In this document: in pieces, positions 18,023 through 18,138 of the stretch
How the letters are laid out: the number at the start of each line of letters is the position of its first letter
Position numbering within the stretch: the stretch's first letter is position 1
Source of the DNA: Spirulina sp.
GTDB lineage: Bacteria > Cyanobacteriota > Cyanobacteriia > Phormidesmidales > Phormidesmidaceae
Length of the DNA: 18,138 bases
NCBI GenBank assembly: GCA_044070495.1
Contig: JBIPSI010000054.1
Location: 1 to 18,138 of the forward strand
Direction: 5' to 3'
The notes under the pieces: generated by a model
Databases searched by the model: none
What the model saw: only the letters and a program-made list of their open reading frames with translations
What the model was told of the DNA's origin: nothing
Program-made: the position numbers and the translations under genes

Positions 18023-18138
18023 ATGGCAAAAATCACCCTCGACATCCCAGACGAGCTGCTCGACCAACTCTCCGAGCTAGGCCAACCTATCGCAGACTGG
18101 CTACCCCAGCAGTTGCCCAGCCTGCTTACCCAAGGCCG
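18023..18138 (+). CDS. Partial small protein (ribbon-helix-helix/antitoxin-like N-terminus), runs off the window
   Basis: MAKITLDIPDELLDQLSELGQPIADWLPQQLPSLL; open to the window end. Confidence 0.5.
   Translation, partial: MAKITLDIPDELLDQLSELGQPIADWLPQQLPSLLTQG

Overview
Probably cyanobacterial accessory or defence DNA (Uma2/DUF820 gene, cyanobacterial-type FGE-sulfatase proteins). It lies directly beside the 3' half of a tRNA-Val(CAC) at 177-220, a likely island attachment site. The centrepiece is a complete diversity-generating retroelement (DGR): avd (10345-10725), reverse transcriptase (10756-11814) and template repeat TR (11836-11967). The DGR has two target genes with C-terminal FGE-sulfatase/C-type-lectin-fold domains. 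Their variable repeats (VR1 9960-10091, VR2 13709-13840) differ from TR almost only at TR adenines, and both are followed by a shared ~75-bp pyrimidine tract plus GNA-loop hairpin. Target 1 is the last gene of a tightly packed Trypco1 / trypsin-EAD / EAD-iSTAND / MoxR / vWA conflict-type operon, so the locus looks like a hypermutating sensor wired to a protease effector. An AbrB-like gene and a RelE-type toxin-antitoxin pair sit inside the DGR, between TR and target 2. Flanking cargo: NurA plus a HerA-like ATPase lacking Walker A, a TIGR04255-led three-gene operon with a possible ADP-ribosyltransferase-like gene, Uma2 and a PD-(D/E)xK-like nuclease. All family calls come from motifs recognised by eye, not from database searches.
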